In this document: piece after piece, positions 25,936 to 35,784 of the stretch
Position numbering within the stretch: the first letter of the stretch is position 1
Layout of the letters: each line of letters starts with the position of its first letter
Source of the DNA: Thermoplasmata archaeon
GTDB taxonomy: Archaea; Thermoplasmatota; E2; JACPAO01; JAHFTW01
Assembly (NCBI GenBank): GCA_034667725.1
Contig: JAXDQS010000010.1
Coordinates: forward strand, 352,001 to 416,000
DNA length: 64,000 nucleotides
Reading direction: 5' to 3'
The notes under the pieces: model-generated
What the model was told of the DNA's origin: nothing
The model's database searches: none
Seen by the model: the letters and a program-made list of their open reading frames with translations, nothing else
Made by a program: the position numbers and the translations under genes

Positions 25936-27925
25936 GCCGCTGCCGGGCTGGCGCGAGCCGGTCGAGGCCTACCTGCTGCTGCGCGCCGCCGGCCTGAAGC
26001 CGCTGCTGTTCGACGGCCTCGGCGCCCACCCCGAGGCGCGCCACGCCGTCTTGGCGTTCTCGCCGCGCGTCGAGGTGCGCATCCAGGGCCGCGACGTCGA
26101 GGAGCGCTGGAGCGACGGCGCCTGGGAGGTGTTCCAGGAGGAGCCGCTGGCCTACCTGCGCCGCCGCGTCGGCCCCGCGCAAGGGCCGTCCACGGGGCCG
26201 TTCACCGGCGGCTGGGCGGGCGCCGTCGGCTTCGCGTTCGCGCGCAGCCTGGAGCCAAGCCTTCCCGCCGGGGCTTCGTCGGCGCTGCCGGACGTGGTGC
26301 TGCGCGACTGCCAGGAGGCCGTCACGTTCGACCGCGCCGCCCGCACCTGGGCCTTGCATTGCGAGGAGGACGACCGCATCGCCGAGGTGCAAGCGATCCT
26401 CGCGGGCACGCCCGAGGCCCCGCGCGTCGCACCCACGCAGCCGGCGTGGACGCCCAGCATGGCGCAAGCCGGGTTCGAGGCCGAGGTGGTGCGCCTCAAG
26501 GCCCGCGTCCACGACGGCGACCTGTTCCAGGCCAACCTCGCGACCCGCTGGTCCGCGCCGTGCGCCGCCGACCCCGCCGCCCTGTTCGCCGCCCTCCAGC
26601 AGGCGAACCCGAGCCCCTGGATGGCGCTCCTGGAGTTCGACGGCTTCGCGCTCGTGAGCGCCAGCCCCGAGCAGCTGTTCGCGATCGAGGACGGCCGGAT
26701 CCGGGCGCGGCCCATCGCCGGCACCCGCAAGCGCGGCGCGACGCCGGCGGAGGACGAGGCGATGGCGGCGGAGCTGCGCGCCGACCCGAAGGAGCAGGCG
26801 GAGCACACCATGCTGGTCGACCTGGTGCGCAACGACCTGGCGCGGGTGTCGCAGCCGGGCAGCGTGCGCGTGGGCGAGCGCATGAGCGTGGAGCGCTACC
26901 GCCACGTGATGCACCTTGTGAGCCGCGTCGAGGGCACGCTGCGCGCCGGCGTCCACCCCGTCGATGCGCTGGCGGCGCTGTTCCCGGGCGGCACGGTCAC
27001 GGGCGCCCCCAAGCTGCGCGCGACCCAACGCATCCTGGAGGCCGAGCCGGCGGCGCGCGGCTTCTACACCGGCTCCGCGGGCTTCATCGGCCGCGGCCAC
27101 CAGGCGCACTGGAACATCCTCATCCGCACCCTCCAGCTCGAAGGCGGCCTGGCGCACGTCCACGCCGGCAGCGGCATCGTCGCCGACTCCGACCCGGCGC
27201 GCGAGTGGAAGGAGGCCGGCCGCAAGGCGCAGGCCCTGCTGGAGGCCGCGACCGGCCAAGCCGGCGCGACGGGGGCGGCGACCCGGCTCGGCGAAGTCGA
27301 GGCCGCCGGCGCATGGGAGCCGCCGCGCGCCGAGCCCCGCCACCCCGACGCGCGCGTGCTGCTGGTGGACAACGAGGACTCGTTCGTCCACAACCTTGCC
27401 GACTACTGCGCCGCCCTCGGCGCCACGGTCGAGGTGGTGCGCAACCGCGTCGACGTCGCGGCCGCCGCCGCGGCCCACCGCGCGACCCACGTCGTGCTGT
27501 CGCCGGGCCCGGGCTGGCCGCGCGAGGCGCCGCGCACCCTGGAGGCGGCCCGCGCGCTGCACGGCCGATTGCCCATTCTCGGCGTGTGCCTCGGCCACCA
27601 GGCCATCGGCGAGGCGCACGGCGGCACGGTGCGGGTCCACCCGCGCGGGCCGGTGCACGGCAAGGCCGACGCCGTCCACCACGCCGGCGCTGGCCTGTTC
27701 GCGGGCCTGCCGTCGCCGATCGCGGCGACCCGCTACCACTCGCTTGCCGTGGAAACCGCGGGCATGGGGCCGGATTGGCAGGTGGATGCGTGGCTCGCGG
27801 ACGGCACCGTGATGGCTCTCCGCCACGCGGCCGCCCCAACCTATGGCCTCCAGTTCCACCCGGAATCCCTTTGTACGCCGCTTGGGCTCGAACTCCTGGA
27901 CCGCTTCTTGCGGGTGCGACGATGA
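25922..27925 (+). CDS. Fused chorismate-binding (PabB/TrpE-like) and C-terminal glutamine amidotransferase (PabA/TrpG-like) enzyme; probable aminodeoxychorismate synthase
   Basis: SASPE, PIAGT, EH.MLVDL.RND, TGAPK; then DNEDSF, SPGPG, GVCLGHQ, RYHSL, QFHPES; GGAGG before GTG; folate-operon context. Confidence 0.85.
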   Translation: MARSEPLPGWREPVEAYLLLRAAGLKPLLFDGLGAHPEARHAVLAFSPRVEVRIQGRDVEERWSDGAWEVFQEEPLAYLRRRVGPAQGPSTGPFTGGWAGAVGFAFARSLEPSLPAGASSALPDVVLRDCQEAVTFDRAARTWALHCEEDDRIAEVQAILAGTPEAPRVAPTQPAWTPSMAQAGFEAEVVRLKARVHDGDLFQANLATRWSAPCAADPAALFAALQQANPSPWMALLEFDGFALVSASPEQLFAIEDGRIRARPIAGTRKRGATPAEDEAMAAELRADPKEQAEHTMLVDLVRNDLARVSQPGSVRVGERMSVERYRHVMHLVSRVEGTLRAGVHPVDALAALFPGGTVTGAPKLRATQRILEAEPAARGFYTGSAGFIGRGHQAHWNILIRTLQLEGGLAHVHAGSGIVADSDPAREWKEAGRKAQALLEAATGQAGATGAATRLGEVEAAGAWEPPRAEPRHPDARVLLVDNEDSFVHNLADYCAALGATVEVVRNRVDVAAAAAAHRATHVVLSPGPGWPREAPRTLEAARALHGRLPILGVCLGHQAIGEAHGGTVRVHPRGPVHGKADAVHHAGAGLFAGLPSPIAATRYHSLAVETAGMGPDWQVDAWLADGTVMALRHAAAPTYGLQFHPESLCTPLGLELLDRFLRVRR

Positions 27926-28800
27926 GTGCTGGAATCGCCTACGTGGACGGGAAGATTATGGACCTGGCGCAGGCGCGCGTCCCGCTGCTGGACCGCGGCT
28001 ACCTCATGGGCGACGGCGTCTTCGAGACCCTGCGCACCGCCAACGGCCACGTCTTCCGCCAAGCCCAGCACGAGCAACGCCTGCTGAAGGGCCTCAAGGT
28101 CCTCAACCTCGAAGGCGAGCTGGTGGACGAGTTCCGCGCCGCCGTCGACGCCATGGTCCGCGAGGGCACCCGCCAGTTCGGCGGCGAGCTCTACCTCCGC
28201 TTCATGGTCACGACCGGCCCGCAGGAGGACGTCCTGGAGTCCGGCCGCGGCATCACCACCACCGCGATGGCGAAGAAGTTCAAGCCGTACCCGATGCAGT
28301 ACTACTCGCACGGCCTGCAGGTCGTCGTCTCCAAGTCGAGCCGCAAGGACTCCCGCAGCCCGCTGGCCCGCGTCAAGTCGCTCTCCTACCTCCCGCACGT
28401 CGTGGCCCGCCGCGAGGCGCTGTCGCTCACCGCCCACGACGCCCTGCTGCTGAACGAGCACGGCCGCGTCGCCGAGGCCAGCACCTCCAACGTGTTCGCC
28501 GTCGTCGACGGCCGCGTCCACGCCCCCGGCGAGGCCGAGGGCGCGGTCGCCGGCGTCATGCGCGGCGCCGTCCTGGAGGCGGTCGCGGAGGCCGGCCTCG
28601 ACGTGGTCGAGCGCCTCACCGTCGAGGAGGCCGCCCGCGCCACTGAGATGTGGCTCACCAACACCACCGGCGGCATCGTCCCGATCACCCGCTTCGGCGA
28701 CGCCCCCGTCGGGGCCGGCCGCAAGGGCGACCTCACGACGCAGCTGTCGCACGCCATCGAGGCCGAGTTGCGCGGCCCGCCCGTGGCCCGCCATGCCTGA
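27922..28800 (+). CDS. pabC: Class IV PLP enzyme, probable 4-amino-4-deoxychorismate lyase
   Basis: DRGYLMGDGVFETLR, KSLSY, EASTSNVF, GVMR; lies between pabB/A and folP. Confidence 0.75.
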   Translation: MSAGIAYVDGKIMDLAQARVPLLDRGYLMGDGVFETLRTANGHVFRQAQHEQRLLKGLKVLNLEGELVDEFRAAVDAMVREGTRQFGGELYLRFMVTTGPQEDVLESGRGITTTAMAKKFKPYPMQYYSHGLQVVVSKSSRKDSRSPLARVKSLSYLPHVVARREALSLTAHDALLLNEHGRVAEASTSNVFAVVDGRVHAPGEAEGAVAGVMRGAVLEAVAEAGLDVVERLTVEEAARATEMWLTNTTGGIVPITRFGDAPVGAGRKGDLTTQLSHAIEAELRGPPVARHA

Positions 28801-29620
28801 GCCGACGCGCACGCTGGCGCTCGCCCGCGGCCGCCGCCTCCCCTGGGGCCACCGCACGCTCGTGATGGGCATCCTCAACGCCACGCCCGACTCGTTCAGC
28901 GACGGAGGCCGTCTCACCCCGGACAACGCCGCGGAGCGGGCCGAGGCGCTGCTGCGCGCCGGCGCCGACCTCTTGGACCTTGGCGGCGAGTCGACCCGCC
29001 CCGGCCACGCGCCCGTCGCCGCCGCGGACGAGCTGGCGCGGGTGCTGCCCGTGCTGCGCGCGATCCGCCGCGCCGCCCCGGACGCCATCGTCTCGATCGA
29101 CACCCGCAAGGCCGAGGTGGCGCACGCCGCCGTCGCCGCCGGCGCCGACCTCCTCAACGACGTCGGCAGCCTCGCCGACCCCGGCCTGCTGGCGGTCGCG
29201 AAGGAGGCCGGCTGCGCCCTCGTGCTGATGCGCAGCGGCCCCGTCCAAGGCGAGCTGCTCAACGGCACCCGGCGGCAGTTGGCGGCGCTGGTGGCGCAGG
29301 CCCGCGGCGCCGGGCTGGCCGACGACCAGGTCGTGCTCGACCCGGGCCTCGGCTTCGGCGACCCGCCCGGCGGCGACGCGCGCGCGAACCTGGCGCTGAT
29401 CCGCGGCGTGGCGGAATACTCCCAAGGCCATCCGGTGCTGGTGGGCGCCAGCCGCAAGCGCTTCCTCGGCGTGCTGACCGGCGTCGAGCGGCCCGAGCAG
29501 CGCGTCGTCGGCTCGGTGGCGGCGGCGGTGCTGGCCGCGCAGGCTGGGGCCGCGATGGTGCGGGTGCACGACGTGGCGGAGACCGTGCAGGCGCTGCGGG
29601 TCGTGCAAGCCGATGGCTAA
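28793..29620 (+). CDS. folP: Dihydropteroate synthase
   Basis: MGILNATPDSFSDGG, GGESTRPG, DPGLGF, GASRKRF, RVHDV. Confidence 0.95.
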   Translation: MPEPTRTLALARGRRLPWGHRTLVMGILNATPDSFSDGGRLTPDNAAERAEALLRAGADLLDLGGESTRPGHAPVAAADELARVLPVLRAIRRAAPDAIVSIDTRKAEVAHAAVAAGADLLNDVGSLADPGLLAVAKEAGCALVLMRSGPVQGELLNGTRRQLAALVAQARGAGLADDQVVLDPGLGFGDPPGGDARANLALIRGVAEYSQGHPVLVGASRKRFLGVLTGVERPEQRVVGSVAAAVLAAQAGAAMVRVHDVAETVQALRVVQADG

Positions 29621-30480
29621 CGGACCAGCCGCGCCCCGTTTGGGTCCACGCCCGCCGCGACCACCATGCCGTGCGGCGCCAGCAGGCGCTCCGCCTCGTC
29701 CAGCCCGCCGCCCGTGCACCACAGCGTGTTGCCCAGCATCGACTGGCCCCACCGCGTCTCCGGCGGGAGCATGTCGCCGAGCGCGCGCATCGCGACGGGC
29801 ATCAACCCCAACGCCAGGCTGAAGGCGTGCGCCTCGTCCAGCAAGACTTCCCACGCCCGTGCGCGGCCGGCCGCCAGGATCCGGTCCACGGCCGGGTCGC
29901 CCAGCGCGCGCGTCTTGAGCTTCCAGGCGGCGTCCTTGATGATGCGCGGCGTCGGGATGCCCTCCCCCATCACGCAGAACAGGAAGCGCGCCCCCGGCGC
30001 CGGGTCGACGCGCATCGCCCAGCCGTGCGGCGGCACGCCGGGCTTGAGGCGCAGCTCGCCCGCGCCGTTCCAGGAGCCCACGACGTCGCCGAGGCCCGTG
30101 CCGGCGGTCACCTCGGCGGCGTGGGCGGCGGCCAGCGCGTGCTCCGGCTCCAGGTCCAGCTCCGCGACGGCGGCAAGGCAGGCGGCCAGCGTGCCGGCGG
30201 CGCTCATGCCGAAGCCCTGCCCGACCGGCAGGTCCAGCCGCAGCTCGACGTCGAGGCTCGCGGCGGGCGCCAGCGCGCGCACGGCGGCGGCGGTCACGGG
30301 CAGGTCGCGCGGCTGGCCGTCGACGGTGATGGCGCCGCGGCCGGGGCGCACGGTGGCGGTGGCGCCGGCGTCGAGGCTCCAGCCGGCGCCGCGCGAGCCT
30401 TTCGCGAGCGGGTCGCTGGCCTCGTCGTGGACGGCGAACAGGCCGGAGACGTGGCCGGGCGCGAAGGCGCGGCGGGTCAA
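29617..30480 (-). CDS. Pantoate kinase (archaeal GHMP kinase)
   Basis: AFAPGHVSGLF, GSRGAG, LPVGQGFGMSAA, AEV..GTGLGDV; next to coaBC. Confidence 0.88.
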   Translation of the reverse strand: MTRRAFAPGHVSGLFAVHDEASDPLAKGSRGAGWSLDAGATATVRPGRGAITVDGQPRDLPVTAAAVRALAPAASLDVELRLDLPVGQGFGMSAAGTLAACLAAVAELDLEPEHALAAAHAAEVTAGTGLGDVVGSWNGAGELRLKPGVPPHGWAMRVDPAPGARFLFCVMGEGIPTPRIIKDAAWKLKTRALGDPAVDRILAAGRARAWEVLLDEAHAFSLALGLMPVAMRALGDMLPPETRWGQSMLGNTLWCTGGGLDEAERLLAPHGMVVAAGVDPNGARLVR

Positions 30481-31715
30481 GCCTTGGCCTTCCCAGGGCC
30501 GGCGGCGACCAGCTCCACGACCAAGGGCAGCACGCGCGCCTTGGGGCCCGTGAAGGTGGTGTGGCCGTGCGCGTCCACGAGGTGGAGGGTCGTGTCCTCG
30601 GCGCCGAAGCTGGCGGCGAGGTTGGCCACGACGTAGTCGGCCCGGTAGCGGCGCCGGCGCTCGGCGGCGCGCTCCAGCAGGCCCGCCGCGTCGGACTCGG
30701 CCTTGAAGGCGACCAGGACGGCCTTGGGGGCGCGGCGGCGCAGGGTCGCGATGACCTTGCCGAGCGGCGCGAGGCGGAGGTCGAGGGCCTTCTGCCCGCT
30801 GGGAATCTTGCCCTTGGCGGGCTTGGCGGCGTAGTCGCCGACGGCGGCCGGCATCCACACTTGGGCGAAGCCGGCGAGCTTGGCCTTCGCCGCCATCGCC
30901 GCAAGCTCGGCGTGGGTGGTGAAGCGGCGCGTGAAGGGCGCAAGGTGGCCGGGGACGGGCTCGGTGCCGACGCCGTGCCACAACTCGACCTCGGCGCCGA
31001 GGCGGCGCAGCTCGGTGGCCAGCAGGAAGCCGGTGCGGCCGGAGCTGCGGTTGGTGAGGACGCGGACGGGATCGATGGGCTCGGCGGTGGCGCCGGAGAC
31101 CACGAGGGCGCGCTTGCCCGCCAGCGGACCCTTCTCCTGGGCGAGGCGGTGGATGACGGCCTCGACGATGGCCTCGACGTCCGCCAGCTTGGCCTTCTTC
31201 TCCGCGCGCGCCGGCTCGACCCAAGTGACGCCCAGGCGCTCGACGAGGGTCTTGGCGTGCTCGGCCACGATGGGGTGCTCCAGCATCGCCTCGTGCATCG
31301 CGGGCGCGACGACGATCGGGGTGCCGGTGCCGACGGCCACGGTGGCGCAGGTCGTGACCGGGGTGTCGTCGATGCCCAGCGCCATCTTGGCGACCGTGTT
31401 GGCGGTGGCGGGCGCCACCAGCAGCAGGTCGGCCTTCCCGGGCACGTCGCCCAAGAGCGCGATGTGCTCGACGGCGCCGGTCAGTTGCGTGATCGGCTTG
31501 TGGCCGGTGGCGAACTCCAGGGCGTCGGGGTGCAGGATGCGGGTCGCGCCCGCCGTCATCACCGGGACCACGTCGGCGCCGTGGCGAATGAGCTCGCGCG
31601 CCAACTCGACGCACTTGACCGCCCCGATGGAGCCCGTCACGCCCAGCACGATGCGGCGGCCGGCCAGGTGGCTGCTCGACGCGCCGCGGATGTTCTCGAC
31701 CGGGTGCACGCCCAC
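30477..31715 (-). CDS. coaBC: Phosphopantothenoylcysteine decarboxylase/ligase
   Basis: GVTGSI, APATANT.AK, PAMH, T.EPIDPVR.LTNRSSG, FKAE. Confidence 0.93.
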   Translation of the reverse strand: MGVHPVENIRGASSSHLAGRRIVLGVTGSIGAVKCVELARELIRHGADVVPVMTAGATRILHPDALEFATGHKPITQLTGAVEHIALLGDVPGKADLLLVAPATANTVAKMALGIDDTPVTTCATVAVGTGTPIVVAPAMHEAMLEHPIVAEHAKTLVERLGVTWVEPARAEKKAKLADVEAIVEAVIHRLAQEKGPLAGKRALVVSGATAEPIDPVRVLTNRSSGRTGFLLATELRRLGAEVELWHGVGTEPVPGHLAPFTRRFTTHAELAAMAAKAKLAGFAQVWMPAAVGDYAAKPAKGKIPSGQKALDLRLAPLGKVIATLRRRAPKAVLVAFKAESDAAGLLERAAERRRRYRADYVVANLAASFGAEDTTLHLVDAHGHTTFTGPKARVLPLVVELVAAGPGKAKA

Positions 31716-31815
31716 GCCACGCGCAAGGTGGTCTTAGGCCCAGCGGGCGCCCGTGGGTTCCCTGGGCGGGCCACGGACCTCTCGGCCCGTGGCCCGCTGG
31801 GTGAACACGAGAATC

Positions 31816-32283
31816 CTAACGCTCGTAGTCGAACTGCTGGATGGCGGACAGCCAAGCGCCCGTCTTGGCGACCTTGGCCCAGACCGTCATCTGGTAGTGG
31901 CCGGTCGGCGCCTGGCCCGGCTCGAAGCCGTAGTGCAGCACCCAGCCGCCGTCGGCCTTGGTGAAGCGCTCGACCGCCACGTCGTCGTGCAGCGTGAAGT
32001 CGGTCTCCGGCGTGACGTTGCAGCCCATGTCGACGCAGCGCAGCACCTGGACGTCGAGGCCTCCCGTCCAGCCGTACGCGGCCGTCTTGTTGGCGTCCTG
32101 CGCCATCACGTCGAGGGTGATGTCGGTGACCCCGTCCTGGTCCGGGTCCGCGAACGCCAGCCGGAAGTCGATGCCGGCCACCAGCTCGCCGTGGTCGGGC
32201 GGCAGCTCGCGCGCGGTGGCGTTTCCGGGCGCGCCGCAGCCGGACACGAGGGCCGCGACGGCCACGAACAGCACGGAACGCAT
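31816..32283 (-). CDS. Hypothetical lipoprotein
   Basis: MRSVLFVAVAALVSG-C lipobox. Confidence 0.65.
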   Translation of the reverse strand: MRSVLFVAVAALVSGCGAPGNATARELPPDHGELVAGIDFRLAFADPDQDGVTDITLDVMAQDANKTAAYGWTGGLDVQVLRCVDMGCNVTPETDFTLHDDVAVERFTKADGGWVLHYGFEPGQAPTGHYQMTVWAKVAKTGAWLSAIQQFDYER

Positions 32284-32423
32284 GGCAGACACCAAACGCG
32301 GGGCAGGTGATGACCGTTGCCCGCGGAATAGGTGCCGCGAACCGTCCCCCAGCAAGGAATCGTCGGGACGGCTTCGGCAGGCGGGAGCCGCGTGCTTATC
32401 CCGGCTCTCCCGGTGGCGGGCCC

Positions 32424-34235
32424 GTGGAGTACGCGCGGCTGGCGGGCTTCTTCGAGCGCCTGGAGGCCACCTCCGGCCGGCTGGAGATGACCGGCATCCT
32501 GGTCGAGATGCTCCAGGCCGTGCCCAAGAAGGACGTGGTCGCCGTGGTCCGGCTGCTGCAAGGCGCCGTCGCCCCCGACTGGGAAGGCCTCGAGACCGGG
32601 GTCGCGGAGAAGCAGATCCTCAAGTCGCTGGCCACGGCCACGGGCGGCGCCGTCGACCGGATGCAGGCGCTCTACCTGGAGAAAGGCGACCTCGGCTTGG
32701 TGGCGGAGGCCGTCCTCGCCCCAGGCGCGGCCAAGCAGAAGAGCCTGTTCGGCGCCCGCGAGCTGTCGGTGCAGGACGTGTTCGGCACGCTGGTCGAGAT
32801 CGCCCGCACCCAAGGCATCGGCTCCCAAGAAGGCAAGCAGCGCCTCCTGTCGAAGATGCTGCTGGAGGCCTCCCCGATCGAGGCGCGCTACATCACCCGC
32901 GCCGCCGCCGGCCGCCTCCGCCTCGGGGTCGCCGACATGAGCCTCCTCGACGCGATGGCCGCCTGGCACCTCGGCCGCGGCGTCCGCAGCGTCACCGCGA
33001 TGGAGGACGCGGAGCGCGCCGAGCAGGCCGCCCTGCGCGCCACGCTGGAGCACGCCTACGACCTGTGCAGCGACCTCGCCGTCGTGGCCGCCGCCCTCGC
33101 TAGCGGCGGCGTGGACGCGGTGCGCGCCATCCGCATCGAGCCCGGCGTCCCCGTGCGCCCCATGGCCGCGGAGCGCCTCAAGACCCTCCCTGAGATCCTG
33201 GAGAAGATGGAAGGCCGGGTCCTCATGGAGTACAAGTACGACGGGCTGCGCATCCAGGCCCACGTGCCGCACCAAGGCCCGGTGCGGCTGTTCAGCCGGC
33301 GGCTGGAGGACTTCACCAACCAGTTCCCGGACGTCGGCAAGGCGCTCGCCGCCATCCCCGCGCTGCGCGGCGCCATCGTCGAGGGCGAGGCGGTGGCGCT
33401 CGACGAGGCCGGCCGGCTGCGGCCGTTCCAGGACATCAGCCGGCGCCGCGGCCGCAAGGCCGACCTGGCCGCCGTGGCCGCCGAGATCCCCGTCACGCTG
33501 TTCCTGTTCGACCTGCTCGCGCAGGGCGGCAAGCCCATGATGGAGCTGCCGCAGGCCGAGCGGCGCGCGCGGCTGGAGCGGCTCGTCCCCGCCGACGGGC
33601 CGGTGCGCCCCAGCACCATGGCCGAGGCGACGACGGCGGAGGGGATGGCCGACTTCTTCGACCAGGCCGTGGCCGACGGCGCCGAGGGCATCATGTGCAA
33701 GGACCCGCGCGCCTCCTACAAGGCGGGCAGCCGCGGCTTCGCCTGGATCAAGTTCAAGACCGACTACACCGAGGCGCTCGTGGACACCCTCGACCTCGTG
33801 GCCATCGGCGCCTTCGTCGGCCGCGGCCGCCGCGCCGGCTGGTACGGCGCCCTCCTGATGGCAGCCTACGACCCCGAGCGCGGCGTCTGGCCGGGCGTCT
33901 GCAAGCTCGGCACCGGCTTCGACGACGCCACCCTGATGGGCCTCAAGGAGAAGTTCGCCGCCCACGCCGCCCCCGCGTGCCCGCCCCGCGTCGAGTCCGG
34001 CCTCGTGCCCGACGTCTGGCTCGAGCCCGCGGTCGTCATGGAGGTCCAGGCCGCCGAGCTGACGCTGTCGCCGACGCACCGCGCCGGCTGGGGCATGGTC
34101 AAGCCCGACGCCGGCTTCGCCGCCCGCTTCCCGCGCTTCACCGGCCGCTGGCGCGACGACAAGTCCGCCGAGCAGGCCACCACGGTCGCCGAGCTGCTCA
34201 AGATGTACCAGCTGCGCCACGCTCGAGCCCACTGA
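32424..34235 (+). CDS. lig: ATP-dependent DNA ligase
   Basis: EYKYDGLRIQ, EGIMCK, WIKFK.DY, DLVAIGA..GRGRR, RFPRF..WRDDK. Confidence 0.96.
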   Translation: MEYARLAGFFERLEATSGRLEMTGILVEMLQAVPKKDVVAVVRLLQGAVAPDWEGLETGVAEKQILKSLATATGGAVDRMQALYLEKGDLGLVAEAVLAPGAAKQKSLFGARELSVQDVFGTLVEIARTQGIGSQEGKQRLLSKMLLEASPIEARYITRAAAGRLRLGVADMSLLDAMAAWHLGRGVRSVTAMEDAERAEQAALRATLEHAYDLCSDLAVVAAALASGGVDAVRAIRIEPGVPVRPMAAERLKTLPEILEKMEGRVLMEYKYDGLRIQAHVPHQGPVRLFSRRLEDFTNQFPDVGKALAAIPALRGAIVEGEAVALDEAGRLRPFQDISRRRGRKADLAAVAAEIPVTLFLFDLLAQGGKPMMELPQAERRARLERLVPADGPVRPSTMAEATTAEGMADFFDQAVADGAEGIMCKDPRASYKAGSRGFAWIKFKTDYTEALVDTLDLVAIGAFVGRGRRAGWYGALLMAAYDPERGVWPGVCKLGTGFDDATLMGLKEKFAAHAAPACPPRVESGLVPDVWLEPAVVMEVQAAELTLSPTHRAGWGMVKPDAGFAARFPRFTGRWRDDKSAEQATTVAELLKMYQLRHARAH

Positions 34236-35784
34236 GCGCCGCCGCCGGCACGACGCCCGCCGCCGCGGCCCGGTACAGCTTCTGCCGGCCGACCGGCTGC
34301 GCCGTGACCAGGCCGACGGCGGCGAGGCGGTGCAGGCGGCTGCGGGTCGTGCGCGCCGGCCACCCGGCCAAGGCGTGCGCCTCCAGGATTTCCTTCTGGG
34401 GCCGGCCTGGGTTCGCAAGCACCCAGGCGTGCAGCGTCGCCAGCGCCGGCTCCCGCAGCAGCACGTGGCTCTCCCAGCCGGTGGCGTACTTGTCGTGGTT
34501 CTCGAAGTAGCGCAGGCTGTGGCCGTGCCGGCGCTCCACCAGCAGGCCGCTGCGCTTGAGCACGGCCAGGTGGTGCCGGCCGCTGCCCACGGCGAGGCCG
34601 GTGCCGCGCACCACCTCGCGGAAGGTCGCGCCCGGCCGCTCTTGGACGTAGCCCAGCACGTCGCGCCGGCGCGGGTGGCCGAGCGGGTCCCGCAGCCGCG
34701 TCAGGAGCGGCAGCAGCTTCAGCAGCGCGAACAGCCCGAGGCCCGCGCCCACCGCGGCAACACCCACGGCGGCCGGCAGCGGCAGGCCGAAGAGGGCGCC
34801 GGGGGCGACCGCCTGCTCGTCGAAGGCCGCCGCCTGCAGGTCGCCGCCGACGGCGGCGCGCATCCGGCCGTCGGGGCCGGTGGCGACCCCGTCGAGCGCA
34901 AGGTCGCCGGCGACCGTCAGGGTGCGGCCGTCCGGCATGGCGCAGGCGGCGCACGCCGTGGCGCCGCCTGCGAGCGGCAGCCGGGCGGTGCCGTTGACGC
35001 GCAGGCCGACGACGGGGCCCGCGGCCAGGAAGCGGCCGGCGGGAGCGGCGCCGTCGAGGGTGGCCGCGCCGTCGGTGAAGCCGGCCTCGACGAAGGTGTA
35101 GGACGCGATGCCCGCCTGGCGGCCGGGCAGCAGGCCCGTCTCGGTGGCGGAACGGCCGCCGGCCGCAGGGCACGGCGCGCCGTCCGGGCAGGCGGGCGCG
35201 AGATTGTGCCACTCGACGCGGCGCAGGCCCTCGGCGTGCAGCCACAGCCCTTGGACGTCGCCGGTCAGGTGGACATACGCGGCCGGGATCGCCGGCGTGC
35301 GGTAGGCGTGCGGGTCGACGGCGCCGGCCAGGTGCGTGCTCGGCAGGCTGCCGTCGAGGCGGTGCAGCAGCCGCGCCGACGGGCTGTCCACGGCGACCGT
35401 GATGGCGCGGGCCTCGACCACCAAGGTGGCGGGGCCGGGGGCGTGCGCCGCGAGCCGCATCCCGTCCAGCGCCATGGCGGACGGCTCCGGGGCCTGCGGG
35501 TTGGGAAGCGGGAGCGTGAGGTTGGTCTGGCCGCCGCCGGCCTGGGTGGCGTAGCGGACGGTGTGGTTGGCGACGATGGCGGGGGCCGGCGCGGCGAGCA
35601 GGAGCTGGGCGGCGCCTGCGTCGGGCAGCAACAGCACCAAGGTCTGGAAGCCGCCCGCGTCGAGGGTGCCCGCGAAGTTGGCGGGCACCGCGAACGACAG
35701 CTCCAGCGCCTGCGTCGTCCCGGCTTGCGCAGGGGAGGCCATGACGACGGCCAGCACGAGGAGAATCAGGCGGGCGTGGCGCAT
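34198..35784 (-). CDS. Membrane-anchored transcriptional regulator: signal peptide, extracellular domain, TM helix, tandem winged HTH
   Basis: N-terminal signal; TM LPAAVGVAAVGAGLGLFALL; LGHPRR...PGATFREV...HHLAVL...GLL and a second NPG..QKEI...LHRL...GLV. Confidence 0.8.
   Translation of the reverse strand: MRHARLILLVLAVVMASPAQAGTTQALELSFAVPANFAGTLDAGGFQTLVLLLPDAGAAQLLLAAPAPAIVANHTVRYATQAGGGQTNLTLPLPNPQAPEPSAMALDGMRLAAHAPGPATLVVEARAITVAVDSPSARLLHRLDGSLPSTHLAGAVDPHAYRTPAIPAAYVHLTGDVQGLWLHAEGLRRVEWHNLAPACPDGAPCPAAGGRSATETGLLPGRQAGIASYTFVEAGFTDGAATLDGAAPAGRFLAAGPVVGLRVNGTARLPLAGGATACAACAMPDGRTLTVAGDLALDGVATGPDGRMRAAVGGDLQAAAFDEQAVAPGALFGLPLPAAVGVAAVGAGLGLFALLKLLPLLTRLRDPLGHPRRRDVLGYVQERPGATFREVVRGTGLAVGSGRHHLAVLKRSGLLVERRHGHSLRYFENHDKYATGWESHVLLREPALATLHAWVLANPGRPQKEILEAHALAGWPARTTRSRLHRLAAVGLVTAQPVGRQKLYRAAAAGVVPAAALSGLERGAAGTS

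Noticed and set aside
25922-27925. Anthranilate synthase TrpE(G) as the primary call
   Set aside because: No trp genes nearby; it is flanked by folC, a class IV lyase-like gene and folP, which favours pABA synthesis.
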